Origin: an uncultured cyanobacterium
Lineage (GTDB): Bacteria; Cyanobacteriota; Cyanobacteriia; Cyanobacteriales; Cyanobacteriaceae
DNA: 64,000 nt
NCBI GenBank assembly: GCA_963710605.1
Contig: CAVQBA010000007.1
Span: 352,001-416,000 of the forward strand
Direction of reading: 5' to 3'
The stretch's first letter is position 1; the number at the start of each line of letters is the position of its first letter. A program made the translations under genes and the position numbers. Below, one piece after another: positions 29,483 to 39,658 of this stretch. The notes under the pieces are model-generated. The model was not told the origin of the DNA and searched no databases. It worked only from the letters and a program-made list of their open reading frames with translations.

Positions 29483-29661
29483 CCTATACCCTATTCCCTA
29501 TACCCTATTCCCTATACCCTATTCCCTATACCCTATTCCCTATACCCTATACCCTATTCCCTATACCCTATTCCCTATACCCTATTCCCTATACCCTATT
29601 CCCTATACCCTATTCCCTATACCCTATTCCCTATACCCTATACCCTATACCCTATTCCCTA
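29483..29661. repeat. Heptamer tandem repeat (STRR) CCCTAT(A/T), about 25 units
   Basis: Direct reading; preceded by CAATTGA and TTACTTT heptamer runs. Confidence 0.95.
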
Positions 29662-30255
29662 ATTAATGTTGCCAAGGTGTTGGAATGGCCAAAAAATAAA
29701 TGTGGCTTTGCCGATGACGTTTTCGGCGGGTAAAAATCCCCAGATGTGTGAGTCATTACTGTTGTTGCGATTATCACCCATGACAAATAATTTTCCTTCA
29801 GGTACAGTTAAAGATGGTAATTCATATTGTGGTTTATCGTTGATGTAATTTTCTGTTAATGGTTCGTTATTCACGTAAACAACACCATTTTCTACTTTCA
29901 CTGTATCGCCTCCGTGAGCAATGATACGTTTAATAAATGCTTGAGATTTATCATAACCGATCGCTTGTAATTGTAACGGTGGTGTAAAAACGACAATATC
30001 TTGATTATCTGGTGGGTGTAAATGATAAGAAACTTTTTCGACTACAAGTCGATCGCCAATATCAAGAGTAGGAAACATCGACTCAGAAGGAATAAAACGA
30101 GGCTCAGCGACAAAAATACGGATAATAATGGCTAAGACTAAACCTAAACTGACAATTAAAAAATTCTCTTTAAATAGAGTGGCAATTGAAGAAGTAGATT
30201 TTGGCTCATTAGTTGATGTTTTGGTTGTCTCGGAAGTATCTGAGGATGTACCCAT
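29659..30255 (-). CDS. lepB: Signal peptidase I
   Basis: IPSESM.PTL..GDRLVV, FIKRII, MGDNRNNSNDS. Confidence 0.93.
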   Translation of the reverse strand: MGTSSDTSETTKTSTNEPKSTSSIATLFKENFLIVSLGLVLAIIIRIFVAEPRFIPSESMFPTLDIGDRLVVEKVSYHLHPPDNQDIVVFTPPLQLQAIGYDKSQAFIKRIIAHGGDTVKVENGVVYVNNEPLTENYINDKPQYELPSLTVPEGKLFVMGDNRNNSNDSHIWGFLPAENVIGKATFIFWPFQHLGNIN

Positions 30256-30732
30256 AAAAGATAACTAAAATTAATGTTAAATAAAAATTATAAATATTGT
30301 TAAGAAAGACTCGGATTGGAAGTCGAACTGATTAAGATAAGTGTTAATTCATCAATAATAAGCGATCGAACTTGACTATAACCCTAGCCGGTTGTGACTA
30401 GCCGATTTTTTTGAATTTGTGAATAGCTATTTAATAATCTAGTTTAATTGATTTCAATGGCAGAAAACAAACAACTTTTAATCATTCAAAATTAAAAGAA
30501 GAAACAATAGCGTTTTAAATAAAGAGCGTTTATTAATTAAAATAAGAGTGTTAATCTATATTTAGATGGATGCAAATACATTACTATTAGGTAACAATTG
30601 CAATAAATCTTTCTGCTCATTATCGAGAACTATTTGATAATATGAGCAAAAGTCAGTCGATAAAATTATAATTGCTGACTATGATATCCGAATCGGATAA
30701 CCTTGTACATTTTCTTTTGGAGATAAATTTTT

Positions 30733-31134
30733 ATGGAATCTACTAAAGTTGAAGAATCAATGCCCCAAATTACAGATGACACACCAGGTGTCATTACAAC
30801 AACTAATGTTCCCACAGAGGAACCTGTCTGGCAGGAATACTTAGATGTTATTAATAGTTTTTTGACAACTTTACCTGATGAGTTGGCTAGTTTTTTCTCG
30901 GACAACAAAAAACCTTTAACTAGTATCGGTTTAATCATAGCAGGTGCGATTGCTGTTTATATTACTATTGCTGTATTAGATGCAATTAACAATATTCCTC
31001 TTTTATCACCTATTCTTGAACTAGTTGGTATTGGTTATTTTGTTTGGTTTGCTAGTCGTTATCTAATCAACAAATCTGCTCGCTCTGAATTAATTGCTGA
31101 GTATGAGAGTCTCAAGCAACGAATATTAGGCTAA
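30733..31134 (+). CDS. CAAD/CURT1-family thylakoid membrane curvature protein
   Basis: Acidic N-terminus, two TM helices, AINNIPLLSPILELVGIGY..WF..RYL. Confidence 0.85.
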   Translation: MESTKVEESMPQITDDTPGVITTTNVPTEEPVWQEYLDVINSFLTTLPDELASFFSDNKKPLTSIGLIIAGAIAVYITIAVLDAINNIPLLSPILELVGIGYFVWFASRYLINKSARSELIAEYESLKQRILG

Positions 31135-31447
31135 TTATTCATTAGTTTAAGTTTTGATTTTTTGTTTGGAGGTGAACTTTATTTTGTTTGCCTCTATTCT
31201 GAAGACAAATCATCAGTCTTTGAATTCGGAATTAGGAATTCTAAATTCGGAATTAACACTCGTAATAAAACCGCAACTATACTATTTTTAAGTATTTATG
31301 GCGGACAAAAGCGGTGTAAGGGATACGGTAATTCTCTAACCCTCTACTCTAACTCTTAAATTCACGAATCCATTAACTACTTTCGAGAGCAAGGTCTAAT
31401 TATTTTAATTGTCCATTGTCAATTGTCAATTGTCAATTGTAAACCCT

Positions 31448-32479
31448 ATGTTTCACTTCCGTATTCAAGCTGGTAGCCAAGTTTCTTCTTCTCAACAATT
31501 AGTTGACCAAATTCAATTTGCGATCGCTTCTCGCCAATATCACCCTGGTCAAAAATTACCTAGTACAAGACAATTAGCACAAATAACAGGTTTACACCGC
31601 AACACTATTAGTAAAGTTTATCGTCAGTTAGAAGAAAACGGCTTAGTAGAATCAATTACAGGCTCAGGTATCTATGTTAAAGCCCAAGGGCATGAGGGAG
31701 GCACACTTTTAACTTCTGCACCAATTTTAGAAGCCTATCCGGCGACACAAAATATTATTAAACAAAGTTTGGATGAGTTGTTATTACAAGGATTTAATTT
31801 AGAACAAATCAAACAATTGTTTTTAGCAGAAATTGATTGGCGATTACATTGTAATGCTTTGGTGATAGTTGCTGTTCCTTTTAATGATATGGGTGCAGGA
31901 AAATTAATCACCTTAGAGTTAGAAGAAGCATTATTAATTCCGATTGAATTAGTAACTATCGAAGAATTAAATCAAGTATTAAAAACTTCTGAATCGGCAA
32001 CAATCGTTACTAGTCGTTATTTCATTAATCAGGTTTTAGAGACTATTGATATTGAATCAACTAGAGTAATACCGATTGATATTTATGATTATAAGGAAGA
32101 GTTAGAGATAGTTAAAAATTTACCTCTTCATTCTTACGTTGGGATTGTTAGTTTGAGTGCAGGTGTTTTGAGAGTTGCCGAAATGTTAGTGCATAGTCTT
32201 CGAGGTGACGATATTACTGTTATAACAGCTCAAGCGAACGATCGACGTAAACTTAATAATTTAGTTAGAAGTGCTTATACAATTATATGCGATCCTAATA
32301 GTTATGCGATCGTAAAAAAAACTTGGCACTCTTTGCAAAGTGAAATGATTCGCCCGCCAAAAATCATCTGTAGTAATAGTTATGTTGGTGAAAAATCGAT
32401 CGAACTTTTAAAACAAGAATTAGGTATTGGCGAGAAAATAAAAGTTAACGGTGAAAATACTTCCATAAAATCAAAATAG
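31448..32479 (+). CDS. plmA: GntR family transcriptional regulator, PlmA type
   Basis: QIQFAIASRQY.PG.KLPSTRQLA..TGLHRNTISKVY; the track start (31409) lies in TTGTCAA repeats. Confidence 0.85.
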   Translation: MFHFRIQAGSQVSSSQQLVDQIQFAIASRQYHPGQKLPSTRQLAQITGLHRNTISKVYRQLEENGLVESITGSGIYVKAQGHEGGTLLTSAPILEAYPATQNIIKQSLDELLLQGFNLEQIKQLFLAEIDWRLHCNALVIVAVPFNDMGAGKLITLELEEALLIPIELVTIEELNQVLKTSESATIVTSRYFINQVLETIDIESTRVIPIDIYDYKEELEIVKNLPLHSYVGIVSLSAGVLRVAEMLVHSLRGDDITVITAQANDRRKLNNLVRSAYTIICDPNSYAIVKKTWHSLQSEMIRPPKIICSNSYVGEKSIELLKQELGIGEKIKVNGENTSIKSK

Positions 32480-32525
32480 AAACTGAAAATTAAGAATCAA
32501 ACCTAAAAAAGGAGATGACTATTAG

Positions 32526-33644
32526 ATGCAAATACAGGGGAAACACCATCATACTATTTGGCTAAAATATGATGACGATCTTATCATACAAGTATTCGAT
32601 CAACGCTATTTTCCCCATCAAATTTCTGTTTTCAATATTACTAATTCTGATGAAGCCGCTTTTGCAATTAAAGAGATGGTAGTCAGAGGTGCACCTTTAA
32701 TTGGTGTTACTGCCGCCTATGGTATGTATTTGGGTTGCATTGAAGCTATTGAGTCGGATAACGCCGATCGATATATTATAGAAGTAGCCACAAAACTAAA
32801 CAATACTCGCCCCACTGCTGTCAATTTAGCTTGGGCAACCCAGATAATGCTCGAAGCCATTAACTCAACATCAAATTGGCAAGAGAAAATCAAAATAGCC
32901 AAGCAAAAAGCAGAGCAAATTAAACAAGAAGATATTGATATTTGCTACCAAATTGGTCAACATGGATTAAAACTAATCAAACAAATTGCCGAGGAAAAAA
33001 AGGGCGAAACAGTCAATATTCTTACTCATTGTAATGCAGGTTGGTTAGCCACGATCGATTGGGGTACAGCCACATCACCTATTTATCAAGCCCATCAAGC
33101 AGGAATTAAAATTCACGTTTGGGTAGATGAAACTCGCCCTCGTAATCAAGGGGCAAACCTAACAGCTTTTGAATTAAATGAGCAAGGTATTCCTCATACA
33201 TTAATTACGGATAATACTGGTGGACATTTGATGCAACATCAGATGGTTGATATAGTAATTGTAGGTACAGATAGAACGACTCGTAATGGCGATGTAGCTA
33301 ATAAAATTGGTACTTATCTCAAAGCACTCGCCGCCCATGATAATAATATCCCTTTTTATGTTGCTCTTCCTTCCTCTACTTTGGATTGCTCAATTGCTGA
33401 TGGCGTTAAAGAAATTCCCATTGAAACTAGAGATGAAAAAGAAGTTAAATATATTCAAGGGTTAGAAAATGGTGAGATTAAATCAGTTTTAATTTGCCCT
33501 AAAACTACCCCTGCCCTCAATTATGGTTTTGATGTTACTCCTGCTAAATATGTAACTGCTTTGATCACAGAACGGGGAATTTGTCAAGCAAATAAAAAGA
33601 GTATTCGTCAATTATTCCCTGAAAAATTTAATGATGAAGATTAA
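32526..33644 (+). CDS. mtnA: S-methyl-5-thioribose-1-phosphate isomerase
   Basis: MVVRGAPLIG, RPTAVNL, LTHCNAG.LA, DETRP..QG, ANKIGTY. Confidence 0.93.
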   Translation: MQIQGKHHHTIWLKYDDDLIIQVFDQRYFPHQISVFNITNSDEAAFAIKEMVVRGAPLIGVTAAYGMYLGCIEAIESDNADRYIIEVATKLNNTRPTAVNLAWATQIMLEAINSTSNWQEKIKIAKQKAEQIKQEDIDICYQIGQHGLKLIKQIAEEKKGETVNILTHCNAGWLATIDWGTATSPIYQAHQAGIKIHVWVDETRPRNQGANLTAFELNEQGIPHTLITDNTGGHLMQHQMVDIVIVGTDRTTRNGDVANKIGTYLKALAAHDNNIPFYVALPSSTLDCSIADGVKEIPIETRDEKEVKYIQGLENGEIKSVLICPKTTPALNYGFDVTPAKYVTALITERGICQANKKSIRQLFPEKFNDED

Positions 33645-33785
33645 TTAAAAGGGCAAAGTTAAAAGGGCAAAGGGCAAAGGTTATTTTCGATCGATAAAAC
33701 GATAAAATCTCCTTAAAACGATTTTAACTCAAAACGAGCAAATTTCTCTCTTTTCTCTCTTTGTCTTTTCTTTCTCCTCTGCGTT

Positions 33786-33873
33786 AAAAGTTGTTCATGG
33801 GGGAAAGCCAAGGGGCTGACACCTGAATTGATTTCAGGTGCTTGAACGCCCCGCCCAAGACCACACTTTTCGC
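33786..33873. repeat. Small dispersed repeat interrupted by a ~45-bp palindromic mini-element
   Basis: Host is the reverse complement of 58081-58124; insert resembles 59704-59747. Confidence 0.7.
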
Positions 33874-33973
33874 TTCCGCGTCCTCTGCGGTTAATAAAAC
33901 TTAGATAAATTATAAACTTAAAAAGTATATCTAGAATTAAAAAAAATACTGATAGTTTAATTTACAAATAAGG

Positions 33974-34580
33974 ATGGATAAAACTAAAAAAACGATCGAT
34001 GAAGGTTATCTAAAGTTTAATTGTAAATGGACAAAACAACCATTATCGATCCTGATTCCCGATGAGATTAAATGTTGGCGAGACAAAATGTATCGTTTAA
34101 AATTAATTGGTTATGATGATGAGCTTAATGTTGGCTATGGTAACATCAGTATTCTGCTAGAAGGAAGGATGTTAGTATCAGGTACACAAACAGGTCAATA
34201 TTTATCCGATCGACGATCGACATTTTACTGTAGTTGATGATTATAATATCGAGAAAAATTGGTTACATTGTACGGGGGAAATTAAAGCATCTTCAGAAAG
34301 TTTGACTCATTTAGCGGTATATGAAGCTAATGATTCGATTAAAGCGATTATTCATATCCATAACCAATCTCTTTGGCACAAACTGATAAATAAAGTCCCG
34401 ACAACTAATTCTAAAGTAGCTTATGGGACACCTGAAATGGCATTAGAAATAAAACGTTTATTTACTCAATCAAACGTTATTAACGATCGAATTATTGTTA
34501 TGGGTGGGCATCAAGATGGAATTATTGCTTTCGGTAATAATTTTAAACAAGCAGGAGAAACGATACTTTCTTATCTTTGA
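33974..34580 (+). CDS. Class II aldolase/adducin family protein, split by a +1 frameshift near 34196-34200
   Basis: DEGYLKF, GYGNIS, SGTQTG / IKASSESLTHL..Y, IIHIH, YGTPEMA, MGGHQDG. Confidence 0.78.
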
Positions 34581-34657
34581 ATTTATTAGATGGTTTGTGT
34601 CATTATTGTCATGCAGTCAAAATTAGTAGAAAAAACAAAAATTTATAATTGTAATAT

Positions 34658-34918
34658 ATGGGTAAGTATGAAAAATTACTATCAAAAATATTAAACGGCT
34701 CATCGGACACAAATATCGATTTCTCTCAACTATGCCAATTACTAATCAAATTAGGATTTAACCAAAGAATAAAAGGCGATCATTTTATTTTTACACAAGA
34801 TAACATTGAAGAAATTATTAATATACAACCTCTCAACTCAAAAGCTAAAGCATATCAGGTTAAACAAATTAGAAATTTAGTTATCAAATATAAATTAGGA
34901 GATAAAAATGTCAATTAA
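34658..34918 (+). CDS. hicA: HicA family toxin
   Basis: F.QLCQLL..LGF..RIKGDH.IF...INIQP...KAKAYQVKQ; overlaps hicB. Confidence 0.85.
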   Translation: MGKYEKLLSKILNGSSDTNIDFSQLCQLLIKLGFNQRIKGDHFIFTQDNIEEIINIQPLNSKAKAYQVKQIRNLVIKYKLGDKNVN

Positions 34919-35120
34919 ATATGAATTAATTATTTATTGGAGCGATGAAGATAACTGTTTTATAGTAGAAGTGCCAGAATTAGCTGGATGTTTTGCAGAT
35001 GGTAAAACTTATAGTGAAGCTGTTTGCAATGCAGAAACTATCATTCAAGAATGGATTGAAACTGCAAAAGAATTAGGGCGTGATATTCCTAAACCCAAAG
35101 GGCGTTTAATATATACCTAA
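34908..35120 (+). CDS. hicB: HicB family antitoxin (short form)
   Basis: YWSDED.CFIVEVPELAGC.ADG.TY.EA...WIETAKELGRDIP.P. Confidence 0.9.
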   Translation: MSIKYELIIYWSDEDNCFIVEVPELAGCFADGKTYSEAVCNAETIIQEWIETAKELGRDIPKPKGRLIYT

Positions 35121-35131
35121 GAGTAGTTTAT

Positions 35132-35500
35132 CTAAATTTGATTTCCTCTATAAACATCATCTAAATACTCAAATCCTTCTTCTAGAAGTAAAATTATTTG
35201 AGGTAGTAATCTAGATACTATTGGCTGTGTTTGGGGATTTGTCGAATTCATCACAGAATGAAGATACGTTAAGAAAATTTGTATTGTTTCTCGTTCTTTT
35301 AAATATCGATCGAACTTTACATTAGAGCATCCAGGGGGCATTGTTAATAGTTCTTCATTCCAATGGGAAACAAGTTTTCTTATTGATACTAATTCATTTT
35401 GAGGAACTATTTTTGCTAACTTATCACCAATGATTCTCATACTTGACTCACGACAGTTGAGCATATACTTGCCATTCCATTGAATACTTCCTTGTGCCAT
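35132..35500 (-). CDS. Hypothetical protein
   Basis: 122-aa ORF, no recognised motif. Confidence 0.5.
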   Translation of the reverse strand: MAQGSIQWNGKYMLNCRESSMRIIGDKLAKIVPQNELVSIRKLVSHWNEELLTMPPGCSNVKFDRYLKERETIQIFLTYLHSVMNSTNPQTQPIVSRLLPQIILLLEEGFEYLDDVYRGNQI

Positions 35501-35686
35501 TATTTTTGAAAGTTATAATTAAAATTTAAAATAACTAAATTAGTTTTTTTTGAGAAGATAGTACGATCGAGATTTTGTAGTGTTGTTGGTTGTATAGAAA
35601 CTATAAAATTTATTGTATATGAGCGATATATAAAATAAAAGTAAAATTCAATAACCAATTTTTAGCTCGGTATCGATCGTACTCTA

Positions 35687-35944
35687 TTAATTTATACCAG
35701 TAATATGCTTTAGAATTGTATCTAATTTTTGATTAATATCATCTCGAAATTTATCAAAGTCCAATGCTAGACGATCGATTTTATCCTCTAAATGATCAAT
35801 TTCTTCATACACTCGATCGAAACCTCGATTCAATTCTCTACTTGTAATTTGAGTATCTTCAAGACGTTCAATTCGGCGATTAAGACTTCTTAATTTACGA
35901 TCGATTTGATCATCTCTTTGGTTTGGCTCTTGATTTTCTACCAT
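35687..35944 (-). CDS. Small coiled-coil hypothetical protein
   Basis: Heptad-rich RRIERLEDTQ...FDRVYEEID.LE...KLDTIL.HITG. Confidence 0.7.
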   Translation of the reverse strand: MVENQEPNQRDDQIDRKLRSLNRRIERLEDTQITSRELNRGFDRVYEEIDHLEDKIDRLALDFDKFRDDINQKLDTILKHITGIN

Positions 35945-36258
35945 AATATTAAAATAGATAATAACGATGGTCTATGTTTTTATTTTATATTGTTTAATGG
36001 TGCATTAAAAGTGATGCGATCGATTTACAGTAAACAAAAAACGATCGTCTATGTAATTATTAATTTAATTATTGATAATAAAATACAGCTAAGTAGTGTA
36101 TCGATCGATCGTTCTATAATTAACAAACATTACTATTATTAATTCACTATTATTAATATGGATATTTTAAGCTGTTATTTATTTTATTCTGTCATAATTA
36201 ATCCAAATCATTTGCGTACTATGGTTGCTTAATACCGTAAAGGAACAAATTATTAATT

Positions 36259-36891
36259 ATGGAGTTAAAAACAGAATCATATTTAAGTCAAAAAGAACGT
36301 TGGTCAATTCGAGGCAAAGTTATTTTGGCTCAATACGATCGTGATTCGATCGTTGTTTATCAAGCCTACCGTCCTTCGATTGGTCATTTTGCCGTCGAAA
36401 ATCAATATTTTGGTGGTGAATTCAAATTATCAAGAATGACTTGGATAAAACCCAATTTTATGTGGATGATGTATCGATCGGGTTGGGGAACGAAACCAGG
36501 GCAAGAGGTCATCTTAGCTGTTCGTATCAAACGTTTTGCTTTTGATTTAATTCTTTCTCAAGCGGTTATCTCCAAATACGATCGTGATATTTACGATAGC
36601 CAAAAAGAATGGAATCGTGCTTTGCAAAATTCTAACGTTCGTTTACAATGGGATCCAGATCATAGCCCTACAGGTGGAAAACTGCAACGTAGAGCGATTC
36701 AACTAGGGTTAAGGAATGAAGTCGCAGTTAAATATGCCCAAGAATGGATTATCGAGATTACCGATATTTCGTCATTTGTTGCCCAACAACGAGAAAATGC
36801 AATTACCAAAAATTACGATTGCCTTCTTACCCCTTATGAAGAAGTCTATCCGATCGATAATCTAGAAACAGCAAAAATAATTTATAGTTAA
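36259..36891 (+). CDS. DUF4291 domain protein
   Basis: IVVYQAY, RMTWIKPNF.WMMYRSGW..K.GQE, VRLQWDPDH, RRAIQLG. Confidence 0.88.
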   Translation: MELKTESYLSQKERWSIRGKVILAQYDRDSIVVYQAYRPSIGHFAVENQYFGGEFKLSRMTWIKPNFMWMMYRSGWGTKPGQEVILAVRIKRFAFDLILSQAVISKYDRDIYDSQKEWNRALQNSNVRLQWDPDHSPTGGKLQRRAIQLGLRNEVAVKYAQEWIIEITDISSFVAQQRENAITKNYDCLLTPYEEVYPIDNLETAKIIYS

Positions 36892-36955
36892 TGATTAATA
36901 CTCCTAGCTTTTAGCTTTTAGTTTTTAACTCTTAACTCTTAACTCTTAACTAAAT

Positions 36956-37591
36956 TTACGACATATGTTCAAAAACATTTTTATAATACATCAAGTCTAA
37001 ATCAACAAAGACAGGAATTGTGTGAAAACATCTTTGGGCTAAATCCCATCGCTCTTCTCTTTTTAGCATTGTGGTTAATTTGTCTTTCATACTAATTAAA
37101 TAACGTACATCATTTGCCGCATAATTTAATTGTTCAGCCGAAAGATTTTCTATACTACCCCAATCCGAACTTTGAGCTTGTTTATCTAATTCTACTCCTT
37201 GTAATTCTCGGACCAAACTTTTCAAACCGTGACTATTAGTATAAGTACGAGCGAGTTTACTCGCTACTTTAGTACAGAAAATTGGTTGAGTATCAACATC
37301 AAAAGTATGTTTAAATTGAGCCACATCAAAACGAGCGTAGTGAAATATTTTTGTAATTGAAGGAGATTTTAAGAGTTTCTCCAAATTAGGTGCTGATACT
37401 TGCCCTTTCACAATTCTAATCGCACTTACATATCCTTGTCGATCGCAAATTTGGACTAAACAAAGTCGATCTCTTTGTGGAATCAAACCCAGAGTTTCTG
37501 TATCGATAGCCAGAGAATCTGCTTGTAAATATTGCTCTAAAGTTTCTAAAGACAAGTCTTGTTCAAAAACTTGAAATTTTTCTAATGACAT
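36956..37591 (-). CDS. Ribonuclease D-like 3'-5' exonuclease
   Basis: IDTET, RDRLCLVQ, FHYARFD, QSSDW, YAANDV (DEDDy). Confidence 0.9.
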   Translation of the reverse strand: MSLEKFQVFEQDLSLETLEQYLQADSLAIDTETLGLIPQRDRLCLVQICDRQGYVSAIRIVKGQVSAPNLEKLLKSPSITKIFHYARFDVAQFKHTFDVDTQPIFCTKVASKLARTYTNSHGLKSLVRELQGVELDKQAQSSDWGSIENLSAEQLNYAANDVRYLISMKDKLTTMLKREERWDLAQRCFHTIPVFVDLDLMYYKNVFEHMS

Positions 37592-37733
37592 ACAGTATCG
37601 TTATTTTTTGTAAGGTAAATTAAATCAGGAAAGGTGAACAATGAATCATCTTAAGATTCACTTTTTTTGAAGATGATTACCATTGTTACCATGAGTAAAA
37701 ATAAAAATAAAAAACAGAATTATTTTGCTTCAA

Positions 37734-38039
37734 TTATTCTTTATCAGGAGGATGAGGATGGATTTGCTCAGCTTCAGGGCAATCGTCAGAGACGTTGATT
37801 TCGCCATAGATACGAGAAACAGAAGATAATTTACGACTAACCGCCCCAATACTATCTAAGCGTACAAATTCTTCCCAAGAGCTATTTTCGTAGTCTTCTT
37901 CCATTTCGTAACGAATACTAACTACATCTCCTTCGATCGCAGTAATTGTAGCATCTTCGATCCAACGTTGTTGATCACGCAAGAATATAGATACTTCGTA
38001 ACCTTCTTTGTGCATTTGATAAATCTTGCGGTCTAACAT
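37734..38039 (-). CDS. Conserved cyanobacterial protein (DUF6679-like)
   Basis: MLDRKIYQ...IFLRDQQRWIE...SWEE.VRLDSIG...DCPEAEQ. Confidence 0.75.
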   Translation of the reverse strand: MLDRKIYQMHKEGYEVSIFLRDQQRWIEDATITAIEGDVVSIRYEMEEDYENSSWEEFVRLDSIGAVSRKLSSVSRIYGEINVSDDCPEAEQIHPHPPDKE

Positions 38040-38245
38040 AGATTTCTCCTTAAACTTTTAAAGTTCAAAATAAATTCTAGGATAATTGTAATTGTCAAAT
38101 TAATCAACTTGAATTTTTGATTTTTGATTTTTGATTAGGAAATATTGATAGAAGTTCTCATTGTAACTAATTTTGCCAATAACAGCTAACAATTAACAAT
38201 TAGCAATTAATAATTAACAATTATTTATCTGTTCACTATTCATTG

Positions 38246-39139
38246 TTAATCTTTTTGTTCTTCTTTAATGATATGTAAAGTATATTCGTAAACCTTAGTA
38301 GTATGTTCTAACATGGCAAAATGTCCACAGTCATCAATTTCATGGACGTTTCGTTGTCTATCACAAAAAAGTTCGTGAAAACTAGCTAAATGTTTAACAT
38401 ATTGTATTTCCATCACCGAATCTTGTTTACCAGCGATGAAATGTACTGGTTTGGACAGACGAGCAACTATTTGAGGTAAATAATGAACTTGTTCTTCTGT
38501 AGTTGATTCTAACAAAGAACCGATCGCTGCACTCGCATCCGCACCCAAAAAATCTTTGAGTCTTTGTTTACCCCAATGTCTAGCTAAAGGAAATTTAACC
38601 ATCATTCTGGCAAATACTAAATCTAATAAAGGTACATTTAATAACCAAGAAAGACGAAACTTGACTAAATTTTCTCCTGCTTTACGAAAACGATTAAATT
38701 CTTCTTGTAAATAGATACCTCCTCCTGCGTTAACACAAATTACACCTTCGACAATTTTCGGACACATATCAGCACACCATAATGCCACACTGCCACCTAA
38801 TGAATGTCCGATTAACCAAGCTTTTTCAATATTTAATTGTGTTAATAATTCTTTCAAGTCGTAACTATAATCTTCTAAAGAAAAAAGTGGCGTAGATGAG
38901 ACTAAATCTGTGGGAATTGGCTTATCTTGAGGTAATTTTGAATCGCCAAATCCTTTTAAGTCGTAAGCTAAACACGTGTATTGATTTTTGAGTAAATCAA
39001 TTAAGGGATTCCAAAATGTATGACTTAATAACCATCCATGAATAAAAACTAATACTGGTTTAGATGGATCGATTGATGAATTTTGAGTAAATTGATAATA
39101 GTGATCAACACCACGAATGGTAATTTTGTTCATTGACAA
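38246..39139 (-). CDS. Alpha/beta fold hydrolase
   Basis: FIHGW, YDLKGFG.S, GHSLGG nucleophile elbow, CGHFAMLE. Confidence 0.9.
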   Translation of the reverse strand: MSMNKITIRGVDHYYQFTQNSSIDPSKPVLVFIHGWLLSHTFWNPLIDLLKNQYTCLAYDLKGFGDSKLPQDKPIPTDLVSSTPLFSLEDYSYDLKELLTQLNIEKAWLIGHSLGGSVALWCADMCPKIVEGVICVNAGGGIYLQEEFNRFRKAGENLVKFRLSWLLNVPLLDLVFARMMVKFPLARHWGKQRLKDFLGADASAAIGSLLESTTEEQVHYLPQIVARLSKPVHFIAGKQDSVMEIQYVKHLASFHELFCDRQRNVHEIDDCGHFAMLEHTTKVYEYTLHIIKEEQKD

Positions 39140-39658
39140 ATTCGCTTTGAATCAATCAGTTTAAACACTGAAGAAATGTACAAAAATCGAAACTAAGATA
39201 GTAAACAGTTATTCTTAAATAACAAATTAAAAATTGATTGAAAGTTAGATAATAACTGATTCTCAACGATCGCTTTTTATCAATGTGGGAAAATCACTTA
39301 GATTAACTACCATCAACTATTAATTACAATTTGTTAACTAATATCTTGATTGTGATCTTTTTTTTACTGAGCAATTGATGGTTAATAATCAAGAGCTAAT
39401 CACAAACATACTCGAAATAGATATATGCGTTATGATTTTCACAATCTATCTGCGATATCACTATAGTAGTTATTCTTATTTAATATACCTTAAATTTGCC
39501 CCTTAATCATTAATTTTTCTTATTTATCCAAACCTGAAACGAGATTAATAATCTAAAACATAATGATTAATTACTAACAAGAGATATCATTTTAATGTTC
39601 ATTAGATCAAATCGATTGTTATAATCACTATTTGAAGCTATTATTATTTTGAGAAAAA

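Noticed and set aside
29427-29733. ORFs with PIPYSLY/PIPYTLF repeats
   Set aside because: Translations of the CCCTAT(A/T) heptamer array
31162-31359. 65-aa ORF between the CAAD gene and plmA
   Set aside because: TTG start, includes GAATTCG-type repeats, no motif
35906-36142. 78-aa plus-strand ORF and other short antisense ORFs inside long genes
   Set aside because: Overlap better-supported genes or AT-rich spacers; no coding signal
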